From positions 4,960,001 through 5,024,000 of the forward strand of contig NC_089435.1 of the NCBI RefSeq assembly GCF_026210795.1: a DNA stretch of 64,000 bases. Direction: 5' to 3'. Every line of letters starts with the position of its first letter. The stretch's first letter is position 1. The stretch comes from Rhizophagus irregularis (lineage: Eukaryota). The notes beneath the pieces are model-generated. The model was not told the origin of the DNA, searched no databases, and saw only the letters and a program-made list of their open reading frames with translations. Shown piece after piece: positions 23,441-36,539 of this stretch. The position numbers and the translations under genes are program-made.

Positions 23441-24936
23441 ATTAAAGTTTAAAAAATTATTACATATGTTAAAAATTTTTGATAGTGATAACATTTACTC
23501 CCAAGGAAAGTTCCTAAAATAAAAGATTGCATTTGTTAAGCATTTTATAAAACAAGTAATTAGATAAATTACTGAATTGACGTCTCTTTCTTATTAAGTA
23601 AAAAATATTTAAAATTATATTGAGCTACCCTAAGCTGGTTCATTGGCGTCGTTGAGTCACGTGAAATAAATAAAGCAATAAAACAAATATCTATGTTTTT
23701 ATTTTTATGCAGATAACTTTACTTTTGCAAAATGGTTCGCTGCACCTTAATAATAGGAAACTTTATTTGCGACGACTGAATAATTTAAATTTGAAATTTT
23801 TATTTATTTTCTATTTACATTATATTACTTCTAATATGTCATTATTCTATTTACCCACAAGTACATCAAGTTCAGATACTCAAAAGATGCTTCTAAATGG
23901 TTGGTGGGTGATTTCAAATATAAGCCAACAGTTAATAATGTTAAAGCAGTATTTATCCAGGAAAGACACTATTATATTGGATGTATTGTATGTATTATTA
24001 TTTATAAATAATTCACTTATTAAAACTATTGTTAAAACTTTGCAATTTTACTTTCAGGGGCAAAGAAGCTTTTGGTAATCAATATTTTGCTATTTTGTAG
24101 AAAAATTTATATATTTATTGTTTTGAATGGTTATGACGCGCTACGAAAAAAAAAGAAAAACTTAGAAGAGTTAACATTATTTATGAATTCGCAGGTTGAT
24201 TTATAAAGCACTTATTTGTAAAATGATTCACTTGATTTGGTGAAAGGCTAATAGAGAAATATTTTACATAATAATAGAGAAATTTAAAATCAATTTAGAA
24301 AATCTAGAGTGCAGCGCGTGATTTATATTTTTATGCATTGTTTTAGTATTGTTATCTCAGCAACAGTACGAATTATAAATTAATTAAAATGTCAGTGTTT
24401 GGCAGATTCGGGATTAAAATTTTATCAAAATTCATTTAATTCGGGCTAAGAATTCCTGAATATTTCACCTGTTAAAAAATGGTTCAGAAATGCAAATAGT
24501 ATACGTGATTGTGCGCAATACAAACACGTTTTACCTTGAAATTAATAAATTGTGACACGCTAGAGCGGTTGTTTATATAATAATCTTTTCATCAAATGAT
24601 AAGTCACATGACTTAAAAGATTATTCCAGTAATCTCATATAGTTGGCAATTTTTTCATATGCTATCAAAACTTACTAATTGTGCAACATTGAGTATAAGT
24701 AATTTACAATCGTTATTAACAAATGAATTATATATTAACAATATAATAAATGTTTTGAGTTTAGGACATAATTGATATAAACGCGCAATAGCACGAATAC
24801 CCAAATCAGTAACATTCCCACAGTTATATACAGTATATCAAGATGCTCTAATTTATTGCATTAATGCAACGTAGTGTAAGAGTGCCTGAAATTTCCTCAA
24901 TCACAGAAGGAATATAGCTTTGAGAGAAGTTTGATT

Positions 24937-25451
24937 TAGTATTTCAATCCATTTATCCGCAATCCGTATCTGTGGACGGATATTCGTCATTTATGGTTAT
25001 CCAGATAGGATTTTTTAAACGGATTGGAGGATATTCGTAACGGATCACCGTATCACTAACGGCTTCTGGTGGATCGTAACGGATCATCCGGATATTATCA
25101 TACAGTATGAAAAATTTAATTTCGTTAGATCCTTCGGTTCTTCGACCACCTGGACTTCGGAGACAATAGTTAGGTTGACTTTTTTTATTTCTTTTTTTCG
25201 TTACTTTTTTTTTGTTTCTTTTCACTAATTTCATTTTTCTTCTTTAAGTCCTTCGGTTCTTCGGTCACTCAAACCCCATATATTTAGATTATCAAAGGAT
25301 ATCCGATGGATCCGTTAGGATATCCGGATAATCTTCAATCCGTCACTACGGATAACCGGATTGTATTTTATTAGACGGATCAGATTGACGGGTGACGGAT
25401 ATTAAACGGTCGGATTGACGGATAACGGATTATCCGCGGATTGAAACACTA
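24937..25451. mobile_element. hAT-type MITE (~515 bp)
   Basis: TIRs TAGTATTTCAATCC / GGATTGAAACACTA (13/14 match) with dense ATCCG/CGGAT subterminal repeats. No clean TSD. Confidence 0.7.
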
Positions 25452-25911
25452 GCGTTGATGAGTATTGGTATATACATACATATACACATAATTTCTTATA
25501 ATTTTAGCAGACCAATAATAAATAAGCTAAATTATATCAGGAAAGATACAATGTAACCTATATACTATGTACTACAGTATATACGAATCCCAATTAATTT
25601 CCCGAATACCGAAACCAATATCCGAATCCCCGAATCCCATTAGATATCTCGAAATGGCAAATTTCCCGAACCATCCAATATTATTAACCCGAATCAAAAT
25701 CCATTATCCCGAAGCAACAATTTACTAATAGAATTACCCAATTTATCATTAACTAAAAATTTTTACCTAAATAAAAATTACCTATTATAGACAAAAATAT
25801 AACTGTCAATGACTCTTATTGGATTTTATATTCAATTAATGCTAATTACTTGTTTTTATGAGGTCAAAATTTTCCAAGAAATTCCGAACATAAATGGTTG
25901 AAAATATTGTC

Positions 25912-26014
25912 GTATTAGTTATTTACTGATCTAGTAGTATATAAATGGATCAATGGATCATCATACTAACCATTTATATACTACTAGATCTACTGATCAG
26001 TAAATAACTAATAC
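25912..26014. repeat. Inverted repeat forming a ~37-bp stem hairpin
   Basis: GTATTAGTTATTTACTGATCTAGTAGTATATAAATGG pairs with CCATTTATATACTACTAGATC[TACTGATC]AGTAAATAACTAATAC; 21-nt loop and 8-nt bulge. Confidence 0.85.
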
Positions 26015-26549
26015 TTATATATACCCTTAATATATATATGTAAACAACTAGAGGACTCATTTTTAAATTACTTTATAGTTACGACACATGACTTAACTAA
26101 TTACGTCACAGTTACCATAAATATATTTATGATAATATTACCCAATGACAATTTTCAATAACTTTTCTCATTTTACCGGTAAACTTTATATAGAGTTTCT
26201 GGGATCCTGTTACAGGTCAATTTTTTAAATTTTTAATCTTTTATACATTTCGTTAAATTTAAAAGTACAATATATTTTCACATCCTTTCTAAACACATTA
26301 TTTTAAATAATTATGCGTATAATCGCAAGGAGAGTGCATCTATAGAGTTTTGACTATATCGGTTTCGGGGTATGAATAAAAAACGATAAACAAGCAAATT
26401 AGCCGACATGCATATTTACATCAAATTAAGTAGCACAATGTTTATTACATAAATGACCAAATTTTGACCTGTAAATTTATTAAAGAGACAAAGCTTTCAA
26501 AGCAACTCACTTTTGAACTTTAGAATACTATATATTATAATTCAATTAA

Positions 26550-27825
26550 ATGAATTCCACCGTTGGATTTTGGGGAGAACCCACTTCTACAGGTATTAAT
26601 GACTATTTTCTAGAAATTTTATATTCATTGCGCCACAATATTAACTCATCATTCGAAAAAAAAATGTTAAAAATATATATATATATAGTTGGTGAGTTAA
26701 TATTCGATTTTTCTTATTTGTTACTTTACTGCTAGCTATACACATGTCTTTATTTTTAAAAACAATTTCGTTGGATTCGTACACTAGATTGGTGCGAGAA
26801 TAATTATGAAGTATCATATTATATCGCAGAATTTTTTAATACCTTATCATCGTTATGTCTCATCTGCGCAGGAATATTCGGCTCTATGATGCATTCTAAA
26901 GGTTTTGATTATAGATTTTCATTATGTTTTATAGCGTAAGTTTTATAAATCAAATAATTTTCACCTTTGCAAAAATTAATCGCTTTCAATGATATCTTTA
27001 GAATTACGTTTATAGGATTCGGGTCAATTCTATTTCACGGAACACTAATATTCCCGTTTGAACATTTTGATGGAATACCAATGATTTTTTATTTATTGAT
27101 ATTATTTTATTCGGTAAATGAAAATAAGAAGGAAAGAAAATTTGGGAACTGGTTCCCAATCACCCTTTTCTTGTGGGGATCGATTTTTTCGATATTATTA
27201 ATATTTTTGGGGGAATATTATGAAAACAGAATAATGAAATTAGTTGAATTTTATATCTTTCAGGGTGGGAAATTTTACTTAAATTGACGTACCGAAAATT
27301 CGAGTAAATTGCAATTTTAACTATCATCTCATTTTATATAGGTACTTTCTTCTTAATGTCTATTTGCGTATATCTACATATAATTGCAATCGTAATTAAT
27401 TTAAAGGATGAAAAAGGTATAGGAGCATTAATGATTCGAGGATCTACAATATTTTTAATTGGATACATTGGATGGAATATCGATTATCATTTTTGTACCG
27501 AGATGAATAAAATATTGAATCCACAATTACATGCTTGGTGGTAAGTTAACAACAACCTTTGCCCGATAATACTGATACCATCTTGAATAATCATTCTATT
27601 TTCCATATTAGGCATGTGACAGCGTCATATTCATGTTACTCTTTACTTTTAATCGCGATATTCGACCGGTCAAAAACGCTTGGAAAAAATCCAAAAATTA
27701 AATGGGTGTGTATTATTTTACCGTATGTGGGATTATCGGATGAATCAGAGCAATATCTACCTTCAAAAGTCATGTCTTCAGCAGAAAGAGAATTGCTCAT
27801 GCAAGAAGTCTCGGTTGAAGACTGA
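26550..27825 (+). CDS. Alkaline (phyto)ceramidase, Ypc1/Ydc1/ACER3 family
   Basis: Exons 26550-26592, 26689-26691, 26788-26935, 27002-27264, 27342-27540, 27612-27825 give GFWGEPTSTVDWCENNY...YIAEFFNTLS...GFGSILFHGTL...D.IPM...GWNID...QLHAWWHV. All introns are GT-AG and in phase. Confidence 0.93.
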
Positions 27826-30078
27826 TTAACAAAAATAATAAATAACAAAATTATAGAGATAATAATAGAGGATGATAATAGACATTTATTTTTGTTAACG
27901 TACATCAACATAGTATATTAATAAAAACTCTTCATCATAAAATCTTTCTTTATTCTAGTTTTTTTTTATTTGATTTGTAAAAATTTTGAAACCCATTCTC
28001 AATGTTTTTTCGTTATATATAAATCATTTTATTAATTAGCTTAATTTCAATGACAATTTTCTACAAAGCCTGAAGAGCGATTTCTCATAGATGAACGTAA
28101 AAGATGAAATCTTGAATATCATAATACCCCAAATAAGCAGAAAAAAGCATATTGTATAAGTAGTTGTCAAATAAATTTTTAAAATCTTTTACAGGATCTG
28201 ATCACTTGATAATTTTTATTAGATGACATGTAAATAATTTGAAGGGTGAGAGTAAAAATATCACAAAGAATCTATGAGTATTTTTTTGTGAAATTTTCAG
28301 ACTGGTGTGATACTGTTATCTTTTATTATTTCTTTTATTTACAATTAACACATACTCAAAAGAACTTAGCGTCTTTACAATTTATAATAAAGGATTTTTA
28401 TTTTGAAATATCAATCGACATTATTTTTTATAGAACACGGACATTGTCGTCATTAGCTTAAAAACCCGTGATGGTACAATTATCTCTGCCTTTTGTAATA
28501 ATTGTAATAATGGATAGCAAGTGGGAAGATGCGAAATTGAAATTAAATGAACTGAAGTAGAACGTGGGATAATAAAGGCCCTTCTTCTAGATATTGATAT
28601 AGAGAAACGTTTAGAATACCTTTTGCGGGGAAATGAAGAAATAAAGGTTGCTCTTACAACACTCGCTTCTCTTACCTTTTGATATCCGTTATTTTTCCTA
28701 TCAAATTAAATGCAAATTTGATTGGTTGATCCGGGCTCCGCAGGAGTCCGTGATCAACCGATTGCTGTTTGGAAAAATTAAAAGATCAACCGATTTCACA
28801 GTAATTTACTGCGTCTATTGTACAATGAGTTCGGTGATCATTTATGTTTTATTTGGGAGCTGGAAAGTGGAAATTGATTAGCATCGTAGGGTAAACTAAA
28901 TAAAGAATGCTTTTTTTACAAAGATTTTAGTAATAAAAAGTGTTTTAAATATTTGTGTCGTGTGTGAAAAAAAAAGAAGAAATAAAAATGATATGTTTTA
29001 AGAAGCTAGCCAAACAATAAACCAATCCTACCTTATTATTACTTTGCGGAATATAATATGAGTTCGTTTGATTGTAAATATCGATGATGCAAATAATGGT
29101 AAGTTAAATTAGTTTGATTAGTTTCGTTCGATTTTTATTTTACTTGTATGAGGCGGATAAAAAGGTTCACTAACCAGGACATCACCTCTTTATATAATTC
29201 GCAGGATCGGTTTTGGTCTCTCCTTAATTTAACAATAAAAGAATTTAACGCTATCCATATGTAAAGGTCATCATGGGCATACCGGTTTAATCCGCGCAAA
29301 TCATTAATAGTTAACGTTAATTGCATATGTTAGAACCTTCAGGAAAAAAAGGACTGATGCGGATTTGAGTTCGTTGATGACAACGCCTAATAAGCGACCG
29401 TTGGAAATGGAAGTTTAGCAGTAAATCTCCCGGCTATGTATCACTTAACGAATGAAAGGCATCTAATAGTTTCTTGTCACGCAAATTTCTCCAGATACTC
29501 CGAATATATATCCGTAATATGTGCTTTCAATAAAACGATTTTGGAGTTAACTCTAGAAAGTACGTGGTCAATTGCTCTGGAAAAGTACATACGCAGTACT
29601 GGAAGCAGCAGTACAGGTTGGAGTTTCGAATGAAATTTCCGGTTATATTGCGAGAATGTCCTTCTCGATTGGTCAATTTGAGAGATTTTCATCACCACTA
29701 ATATAGTTCCGGTTAATGAAATTTTATTCAAATAGTTTTTTTTTGCTAATTAACGAAAAAAGTTTAATTCGTTTTACTAATCAAGTTTTGTAAGGTGTTA
29801 ATATCTGATATTGTTAATTAAAATAAACATTGACTTCTTTTTTAGTTATCACCTTGTAGATATAAACTCTATAATGAACCGAAACATAAGCGAGCGGAAA
29901 TTTATTACATAATTATTAAATAATGTTATAATACTATAATTTGTCACGTAATATTGTAATACCACACAGGTAAAAAATTAGAAATTAAAAGTTTTATTTC
30001 TATATAATTAAGTATTTAAAGTAATACAAATTTCTAATAAATAATTAAAATACTAATATAAATTCTAGCTCTTTTCTA

Positions 30079-31563
30079 TTATGAATTTGGATTACACAAA
30101 TGACAATTTCCACCATTCAATTTACTTAAATTTTTTAATAATTCTTTTTCACGTAAATTCATACTTTCCAGATCAGTTCCAGATACTTTCTTTCCTTTAA
30201 CATAAACAGATTTAAGATTCCTTTCATCACCAAGAAATATAAATTTTTCAAAAATTCTTTCAATATCTTCTAAATCATCAAAAATATCTAAGGGAGATTG
30301 ACAAGCATCAGGATCAATTAATAAAGCATCAAATTCTTTACCAATTAGAAAATTTCCGATAATCTTATCAAGATTGACCAATTCAGCACCTCCCATTGTA
30401 GCTAAATAAGTTAATTCAGGTAAAGTAAGGTGCGGAAAAGATTTATTCAAAGGTTTATCATCAACTTTTGAAGAAGCCATAAATACAACGCGACTTGCTA
30501 TGTTTGCATTTCTTATAGCATTTAAAATAGATTTTGAATAGCCGCCACTTAAATCAGTACCCAAACCAACTTTAATACCTTCATCTAATAATTGTCTAAC
30601 GTTACATACACCTGAACATATAGCAAAATTTGAAGTAGGACAATGTGATATACCAATATTACGTTCTTTAATTAATTTAAGTTCTTTTGACGATAAGTGT
30701 ATTCCATGAGCCATAATCGTTTTTTCATTTAATAATCCATGATGATCATATACTGTTGTATAATCTGGTAGATGTGGAAATAATTCTGAAATAAAATTTA
30801 TTTCTCCTATATTTTCTGATAAATGTGATTGAATTGGCATATTATATTTTTTTGCTAATAATCCAAGTGAATCCATAAGTTGTGATGTACAGGTGATTGC
30901 AAATCTAGGTGTAATTATTGGATAAACGAGTCTCGATCCATTTTCTCTTCCTTCATCTTTTTCTAAATTTAACACATATTTTATAAATTCTTCAGTTGAT
31001 TTAACACTATTGTCTAATGACTCAATATAATTCTCCGGTGAATTACAATCCATATTAACTTTTCCAATAAACCCTCTCTGTCCTTTTTCTTTGACTAATC
31101 TGGCTAAATATTTACTTGATTCAAGATGAATTGTTGTAAAGTAAACAGCTGTTGTCGTTCCACTGCGCAATAAATTATTTACTACTATTGGATAAACTTT
31201 CTCAGCAAACGATAATGATGAGTATGACTGTTCAAGCGGAAATGTATATTTGTTCAACCAATCAAGTAGTGGTAAATCCATACCAGTTCCTGCATTTGGA
31301 TATTGTGATGCATGTGTATGAGTATCAATAAATCCAGGCATAAGAAATTGTCTTTTACTCAATCTAATAACCTCTTGTTCAGGAAATTCCCATTGAGAAA
31401 TAATATGATTCAAAGTTATTTCGTCTAAAACATTTTTTTCTAAGAAAGCTATCTTTCCAGAAATATCTACTCCTAATAAAGTATTTTGTAGGATTTCAAG
31501 ATTGGCAAGAGATAATGAATGAATTAATGTTCCATAAAAGACTTTGGAAATTTTATTTGGCAT
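30079..31563 (-). CDS. GUD1: Guanine deaminase (amidohydrolase superfamily)
   Basis: 494-aa intronless ORF with PGFIDTHTHASQY, ITPRFAITC, QSHLSEN, MAHGIHL, HCPTSNF, GLGTDLSGG, GKEFDAL and GDERN motifs. Confidence 0.95.
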   Translation of the reverse strand: MPNKISKVFYGTLIHSLSLANLEILQNTLLGVDISGKIAFLEKNVLDEITLNHIISQWEFPEQEVIRLSKRQFLMPGFIDTHTHASQYPNAGTGMDLPLLDWLNKYTFPLEQSYSSLSFAEKVYPIVVNNLLRSGTTTAVYFTTIHLESSKYLARLVKEKGQRGFIGKVNMDCNSPENYIESLDNSVKSTEEFIKYVLNLEKDEGRENGSRLVYPIITPRFAITCTSQLMDSLGLLAKKYNMPIQSHLSENIGEINFISELFPHLPDYTTVYDHHGLLNEKTIMAHGIHLSSKELKLIKERNIGISHCPTSNFAICSGVCNVRQLLDEGIKVGLGTDLSGGYSKSILNAIRNANIASRVVFMASSKVDDKPLNKSFPHLTLPELTYLATMGGAELVNLDKIIGNFLIGKEFDALLIDPDACQSPLDIFDDLEDIERIFEKFIFLGDERNLKSVYVKGKKVSGTDLESMNLREKELLKNLSKLNGGNCHLCNPNS

Positions 31564-31940
31564 TTTAGTTTTCTTTTTTTAAAAAAGAAAAAAAAAACTA
31601 AAATCAAAGGTTTACCCCTTTTACCAGAGAGTTAAGGTTGAGTGTTTCGACCTATGAAAATCTGTCATCTGATTATCGTTACATCTGTCTGACAGATCGA
31701 AAAACTATTGCATAATGTTATACGAAATCCAAAAGGAAATATTTATGCAGATCATAATTAAGGGTACCTTAATGAAAATCACTTATGTAATATCTAACAT
31801 AGGATAAAATTTTTTTTTACACTTTATAGCATAAATTTGATTATTGGTAGATAGTAAAGGATTTAAAATTTAAAATTTTATTAAATATTTATATTTTTCT
31901 GTATTTTCTGTATTTTTTATTTATTTTTTATATATAATAC

Positions 31941-32030
31941 TGATATGACCTGACCTGACCTGACCTGAAAAAAAATTTCAGGTCAGGTTTATCAATTTAC
32001 CTGACCTGACCTGACCCATTTGGAACTCTA
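31941..32030 (+). mobile_element. hAT-type right terminus with TGACC subterminal repeats
   Basis: (TGACC)n arrays ending ...CCCATTTGGAACTCTA, similar to TTTGGAACAATA at ~63829. Confidence 0.55.
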
Positions 32031-32639
32031 ATTGTAATTATTAGATAATCTAACATTAATAACTTTGTAATCTAATATGGATTAAATCTTAGTTTAAAGG
32101 CAAAGAATTATTTGAAGATGATCAAGACGATCAAAATAGTATCAAAATAATGATAGCGAAATTAATCAAGAAAGTGGTGCGAAAGAAATAATTAATTAAT
32201 AAATGGTAATTTCAATAGAATAAAAAATATTGCTAATGAAATTTAATATCCGCAAAGGCAAAAATAAATTATTTAGTATTTAGCACATAAATTAAATACA
32301 TTAATTAAATAAAGTACTGATGCTAAACAACTTATGATTTGTGCATTGTTCATCACATGATCTGTGCATTATTATTACGTTAATCTATAAAATTAATCGC
32401 ACTGATCATTGTTACTTTCGCAGAACAACGTGATTTTATGTTGATCAGCATTATATTAAATTCGATATTGAACAATGCATTGTTTTACACTTTTTAAATT
32501 TGCCAATGTATGCCAAACATCGAATGTAATAATTATACGCAGTAAATTCAATATTTTGATCTTTACAAGTTTTTTCTAATACTTTCATGAAAGTATCATT
32601 ATTTAAAGCAGCATGCTATAATTTATAAAGAATTATTAA

Positions 32640-33840
32640 AGAAAATGTTAATTATAATTAATTAAAAAAAAATAGTTAGAACAAACATAAATAATAATCC
32701 CTTTGTGAGAATTCTCATATTGTCACAACTTTTTACAAATGATTCGTGTAAATTTTTCCCAAAGTGGGATCCAGATAATTTACAAAAGTTAATTAAGATT
32801 TCTTTTAATTCCCATTCGTGACTTATCCAATGTACAGTTATTCTAAGGAATGGAATGTAACTCGATGATGTCTAAGCATCTAACGTGAATAAAAGTCAAC
32901 CTGGTGCATTCTAATAATTCAATATTATTAGTATTTACTATTTAGTATTTATTTATAAAATTAAAGTAAATAACAATAACAAATATGAAATACCTGTAAA
33001 ATCTCCTGTATATTATTTTTTTCTTCATTAAATTTATCAATAACATCGCTATGTAAAGTATCTGCTAATGGAGCTTTTACAATAGAATTAAGTATATGAA
33101 ATAAAAGTCTAAAGTGTTTACTTTCTATGGCCGTAAAAGGTTAGTCATTACAAACAGTCCATCTGACAATAAAATCTCAAAATGTTCATTGAGTATAACG
33201 CTAAATTTCTTTATTAATATTAAAAAGCATAAATACAATATATAAAAAAAAGAAAATAAACATTTACGGGTAATTCTTTTTTTATAAACTTGTCTATTTC
33301 ACTATTTTCTACCTCTGTTTTGATTTTACTGAAGTGTTTCCTCTGCATATATTTGTGAAGATTCATAGTGTTGCCACCTATTCTTTTATACATTGTTCTT
33401 ATTAAAATAAATTTTATATTCAGTATACTGCTAAATTAACAAATTTATTTTATAATAATAATACATTCACCCATAATAATTACACTGAACCTTTTCATCA
33501 TTTTTCACTAATGTGAAATATGACCATACAGAGCTATAAGTCCTTATTGAAGAATTTGCACTTTCGCCTAAACTGTCACTCATGTCAAAAGTAAAAAAAA
33601 AAAAGATGATCAGATAATCGATCATTTAAATAAGTTTACGTAATTACAAATCTTAAAATATTTAACCCAAGTTTACTTGAGTTGAGTCAAGTATTAATTT
33701 AACTCAGAATTGACTTAAATCAGAATTATTTTGTAATTCAAATTGATTATTACATAATGGAAAATTCTCAAATCGAATTCGACTCGACTCAACTCAACTT
33801 ATGAGTTAACCCGGGTTGACTCAACTCGTCCGAAGTTTTA
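32640..33840 (-). mobile_element. Truncated hAT (Ac-like, BED-finger) transposon relic
   Basis: Minus strand gives SSVWSYF...KVQCNY, GGNTMNLHKYMQRKH, ND*PFTAIESKHF, FTLDA*TSS, FLRITVHWI...WELKEILI. AACTC/GACTC subterminal repeats at 33670-33830. Confidence 0.75.
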
Positions 33841-33849
33841 GTTATATGA

Positions 33850-34577
33850 CAAAACTATTAATGCTAAAGATAAGGCAGATTAAACTAATCAGAAAGAAAT
33901 TTTATATTGGTACCTTTACTGGAAGGATTTCAAAGATCAGCTTGATGAGATTATTAAAAGTAATAATAGTAAATTTGGTGAAAAAAAGGCAAGAAGTATG
34001 CTTTATTATGATACTATTATAGAACAGTTTTCTATCCTCCACAAGAAAAGATTACAAGAATTGGGGTTAAAAGTTAGGGTTGTATCATGAAATAGCTTGC
34101 ATAAAAAAACTCAGAGAGCTAAAAAAACTATAAATTATTTGAAAAAGTGGGTCTAGATAAAATTAAGTATATTAATTTATATAGTACAAATTCCATTTTA
34201 AAGCTTACTAATGCACAATTTCAAGAGATCATAGATTATAGTATATTTTTGGAAAAGTTATCTTCAGAAGCTGATCATATGTGACCAAAATTTCTGAGAC
34301 AGTCTGTTCTGAAAAAATCTTGCCTGAAGTAAATGTACCATTTACACCTCAAATCATCACTCCAGCTAAAGCAAATGATTTTATGGGTCTTAAGGAGAAA
34401 GATTTCTGTGATAGTGAGGTAATAATCGCAAATATATCATCTGCATCCCAATTTAAGCCAGCTTATGATCATTTCTATTTTCACAACAAAATATTGGATC
34501 AATATCCTAATCTATATAGAGAATGTAGTAGTAAAAATTTTGATTATTATGGGATTACTGATAAGACATCATGTGGA
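33850..34577 (+). pseudogene. Degenerate hypothetical gene, truncated by an insertion
   Basis: Protein-like pieces KKTQRA.K.YKLFEKVGLDKIKYINLYSTNSILKLTNAQFQEIIDY and ...QYPNLYRECSSKNFDYYGITDKTSC with frameshifts. It is followed by a GTAC-rich repeat block at 34578-34775. Confidence 0.4.
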
Positions 34578-34774
34578 CAGGGTTGTGGTAGTACATCTGT
34601 ACAAGCAAAATTCTAGTATGTACTATACTAGCAAAAAATTTCGTACAAGTACTAAGTATACTATACTGTACTAACTTTTTAGGATATAATTTAACTATTT
34701 TAGGTAAATATTATGTCAAGTACAGTACTTAATACTGTACTATACTGTACTAGTACTGTATGGCGTGTCAGACT

Positions 34775-35260
34775 GGACAGAAATTTAATGCTGAGGGTTA
34801 AATTGTTTGATGTTTAAGGTTAACTGTGACAGTCAAATATTTTACCAATTTCATCATAACCTTTACCATCACCACCAAACTGTTTGATTTTACAGCTATA
34901 ATCTTTATCGTTAACCATTAAACCGTTTAAAAAAGTTTACTGATAGGCAAACAGTTGCCTGATTAAGTAAATCATTTACTAATAATATATTGCTATTTTT
35001 TAATTTTAACTATTTTTAGTAATTTTTTTTAAATATAAAAGGCAATTTTATAAATTTAGAATTACTTGTTATAATATAACCAAAATCTTACATCGATTTG
35101 CCAAATATCAATAATACCTATTTTCGCAAACTTTTTTGTTTCTACTTTTTTTTTTTAATGAACATGTTCCACTACTATATATTGCTCCTTGCACACATAC
35201 TACTATATAAATGTCTTGCTTTCTCCCATAACAGTCTCTTTTTCTCTCACAATAATTCAT
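34775..35260 (-). pseudogene. Decayed paralog of the 35751-36365 gene, in divergent orientation
   Basis: Minus-strand pieces MNYCERKRDCYGRKQDIY, ETKKFAKIGIIDIWQIDVR, an intron, then NGLM...DYSCKIKQFGGDGKGYDEIGKIFDCHS* align in order with LYCSICKRR, SELSHLKKAIIKELQKRLK, VGIF and SYLCIFKGEKAFDEVGKVLDDKNW. Confidence 0.45.
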
Positions 35261-35750
35261 AACTTACTAATTAGTAATTATTAATATTAAATAAAATTTT
35301 TTATTACAAATTTAACTACCTAAAATTTTATTTTTTTTTATTTATTTTTATTGATCCAATTTGACTAAATATAATTCTTTTATTAAAAAAAAATAGTCAT
35401 CCTCATATGCGCGAATTTAGTTCATTTGAATTTAATTGACAAAGTTGCCTTTAGCGGTCCTTTATGTAATACTAATATGATCGGCATTCATGTGTTTTTA
35501 TGTCATATGATTATAAAGACCAGTTAATAAAAAAAATTTTCCGTTCAACTAATCGTAAAACAAAAATAACTTAATGAAAAATACGCGTTCAACCCATCTA
35601 ACCACTATACAACCCATCCAACTAACTTCGGTATATACTTCAGCATAAAACCGGTGTAATTTTTTTATAAAACTTACTGAAATTGTTAGTTTTCTCTACT
35701 TTTTTTTTAGTTATTCGTTTACTTATAGAATTTTATTTTTTTTTTAAGTA

Positions 35751-36365
35751 ATGTCTACCCGAGATTCAACTAGGTTATATTGTTCAATCTGCAAAAGGCG
35801 TGTTAAAGGGTTCAAAAATCGCTCAGGTCTACAAAGACACGAAACATTAAAACATGTATCTTACAATACACTTCCTTCACATATTCAACCAGTTTCAGAG
35901 TCCGAACTTTCACACTTGAAAAAAGCTATAATTAAAGAATTACAAAAACGTCTTAAAAACCATCATACTGCTGTTGGGAAACAAGTATTTTCGATACATT
36001 GTAGTGAAGATGCCTTCGTTGGTATTTTTAGAAACCATATAACGTGTTACTCTCCATGTGGGTCTTCTTATTTATGTATCTTTAAGGGAGAAAAGGCCTT
36101 TGATGAAGTTGGAAAAGTCTTAGATGACAAAAATTGGGGTGAGCGCAATTATGGAGGAGGACAATTGAGTTTTGTTCGTTTGTATATGCCTGAAAGTGAA
36201 AATAACAGTTATGATCAAAATGCAAAAAAATCAAAATCAAAATTAGTTTATAATGGAGAAATGACCGTTAAATGGAAGGTGACGGGAGGTAGAGACAAAG
36301 AGAACCATAAATTTGAAGCGGGTTCAGCTCAATTTCGTTTTTTTTTAGACCAATGTCAAATTTAA
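35751..36365 (+). CDS. C2H2 zinc-finger protein with an unknown C-terminal alpha/beta domain; partner of the RAG1-like gene
   Basis: Intact 204-aa ORF with N-terminal YCSICKRRVKGFKNRSGLQRHETLKH. It stops 174 bp from the convergent transposase stop. Confidence 0.75.
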   Translation: MSTRDSTRLYCSICKRRVKGFKNRSGLQRHETLKHVSYNTLPSHIQPVSESELSHLKKAIIKELQKRLKNHHTAVGKQVFSIHCSEDAFVGIFRNHITCYSPCGSSYLCIFKGEKAFDEVGKVLDDKNWGERNYGGGQLSFVRLYMPESENNSYDQNAKKSKSKLVYNGEMTVKWKVTGGRDKENHKFEAGSAQFRFFLDQCQI

Positions 36366-36539
36366 AGAAAATTTTATAAACTTATGTAATTAGGTTTCTA
36401 TTATGATAACGATGGAATGAACTATTATCAATTGAAAAAAAATTACATAGATATAGTATTAGTTCAATTGCCCATAATAAAAATTACTTGATCACGAAAA
36501 TTTTTTTTTCTTTTTTATTGTTAAACAAATAAAATCCTA

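Noticed and set aside
24953..25234. 93-aa ORF
   Set aside because: Lies entirely within the MITE repeats.
29135..29731. Short ORFs in a slightly GC-richer block
   Set aside because: Possibly a decayed gene, but no recognisable motif or consistent frame.
35751..36365. Partner gene as a RAG2 homolog
   Set aside because: Only 204 aa, with no Kelch repeats or PHD finger; it has a C2H2 finger instead.
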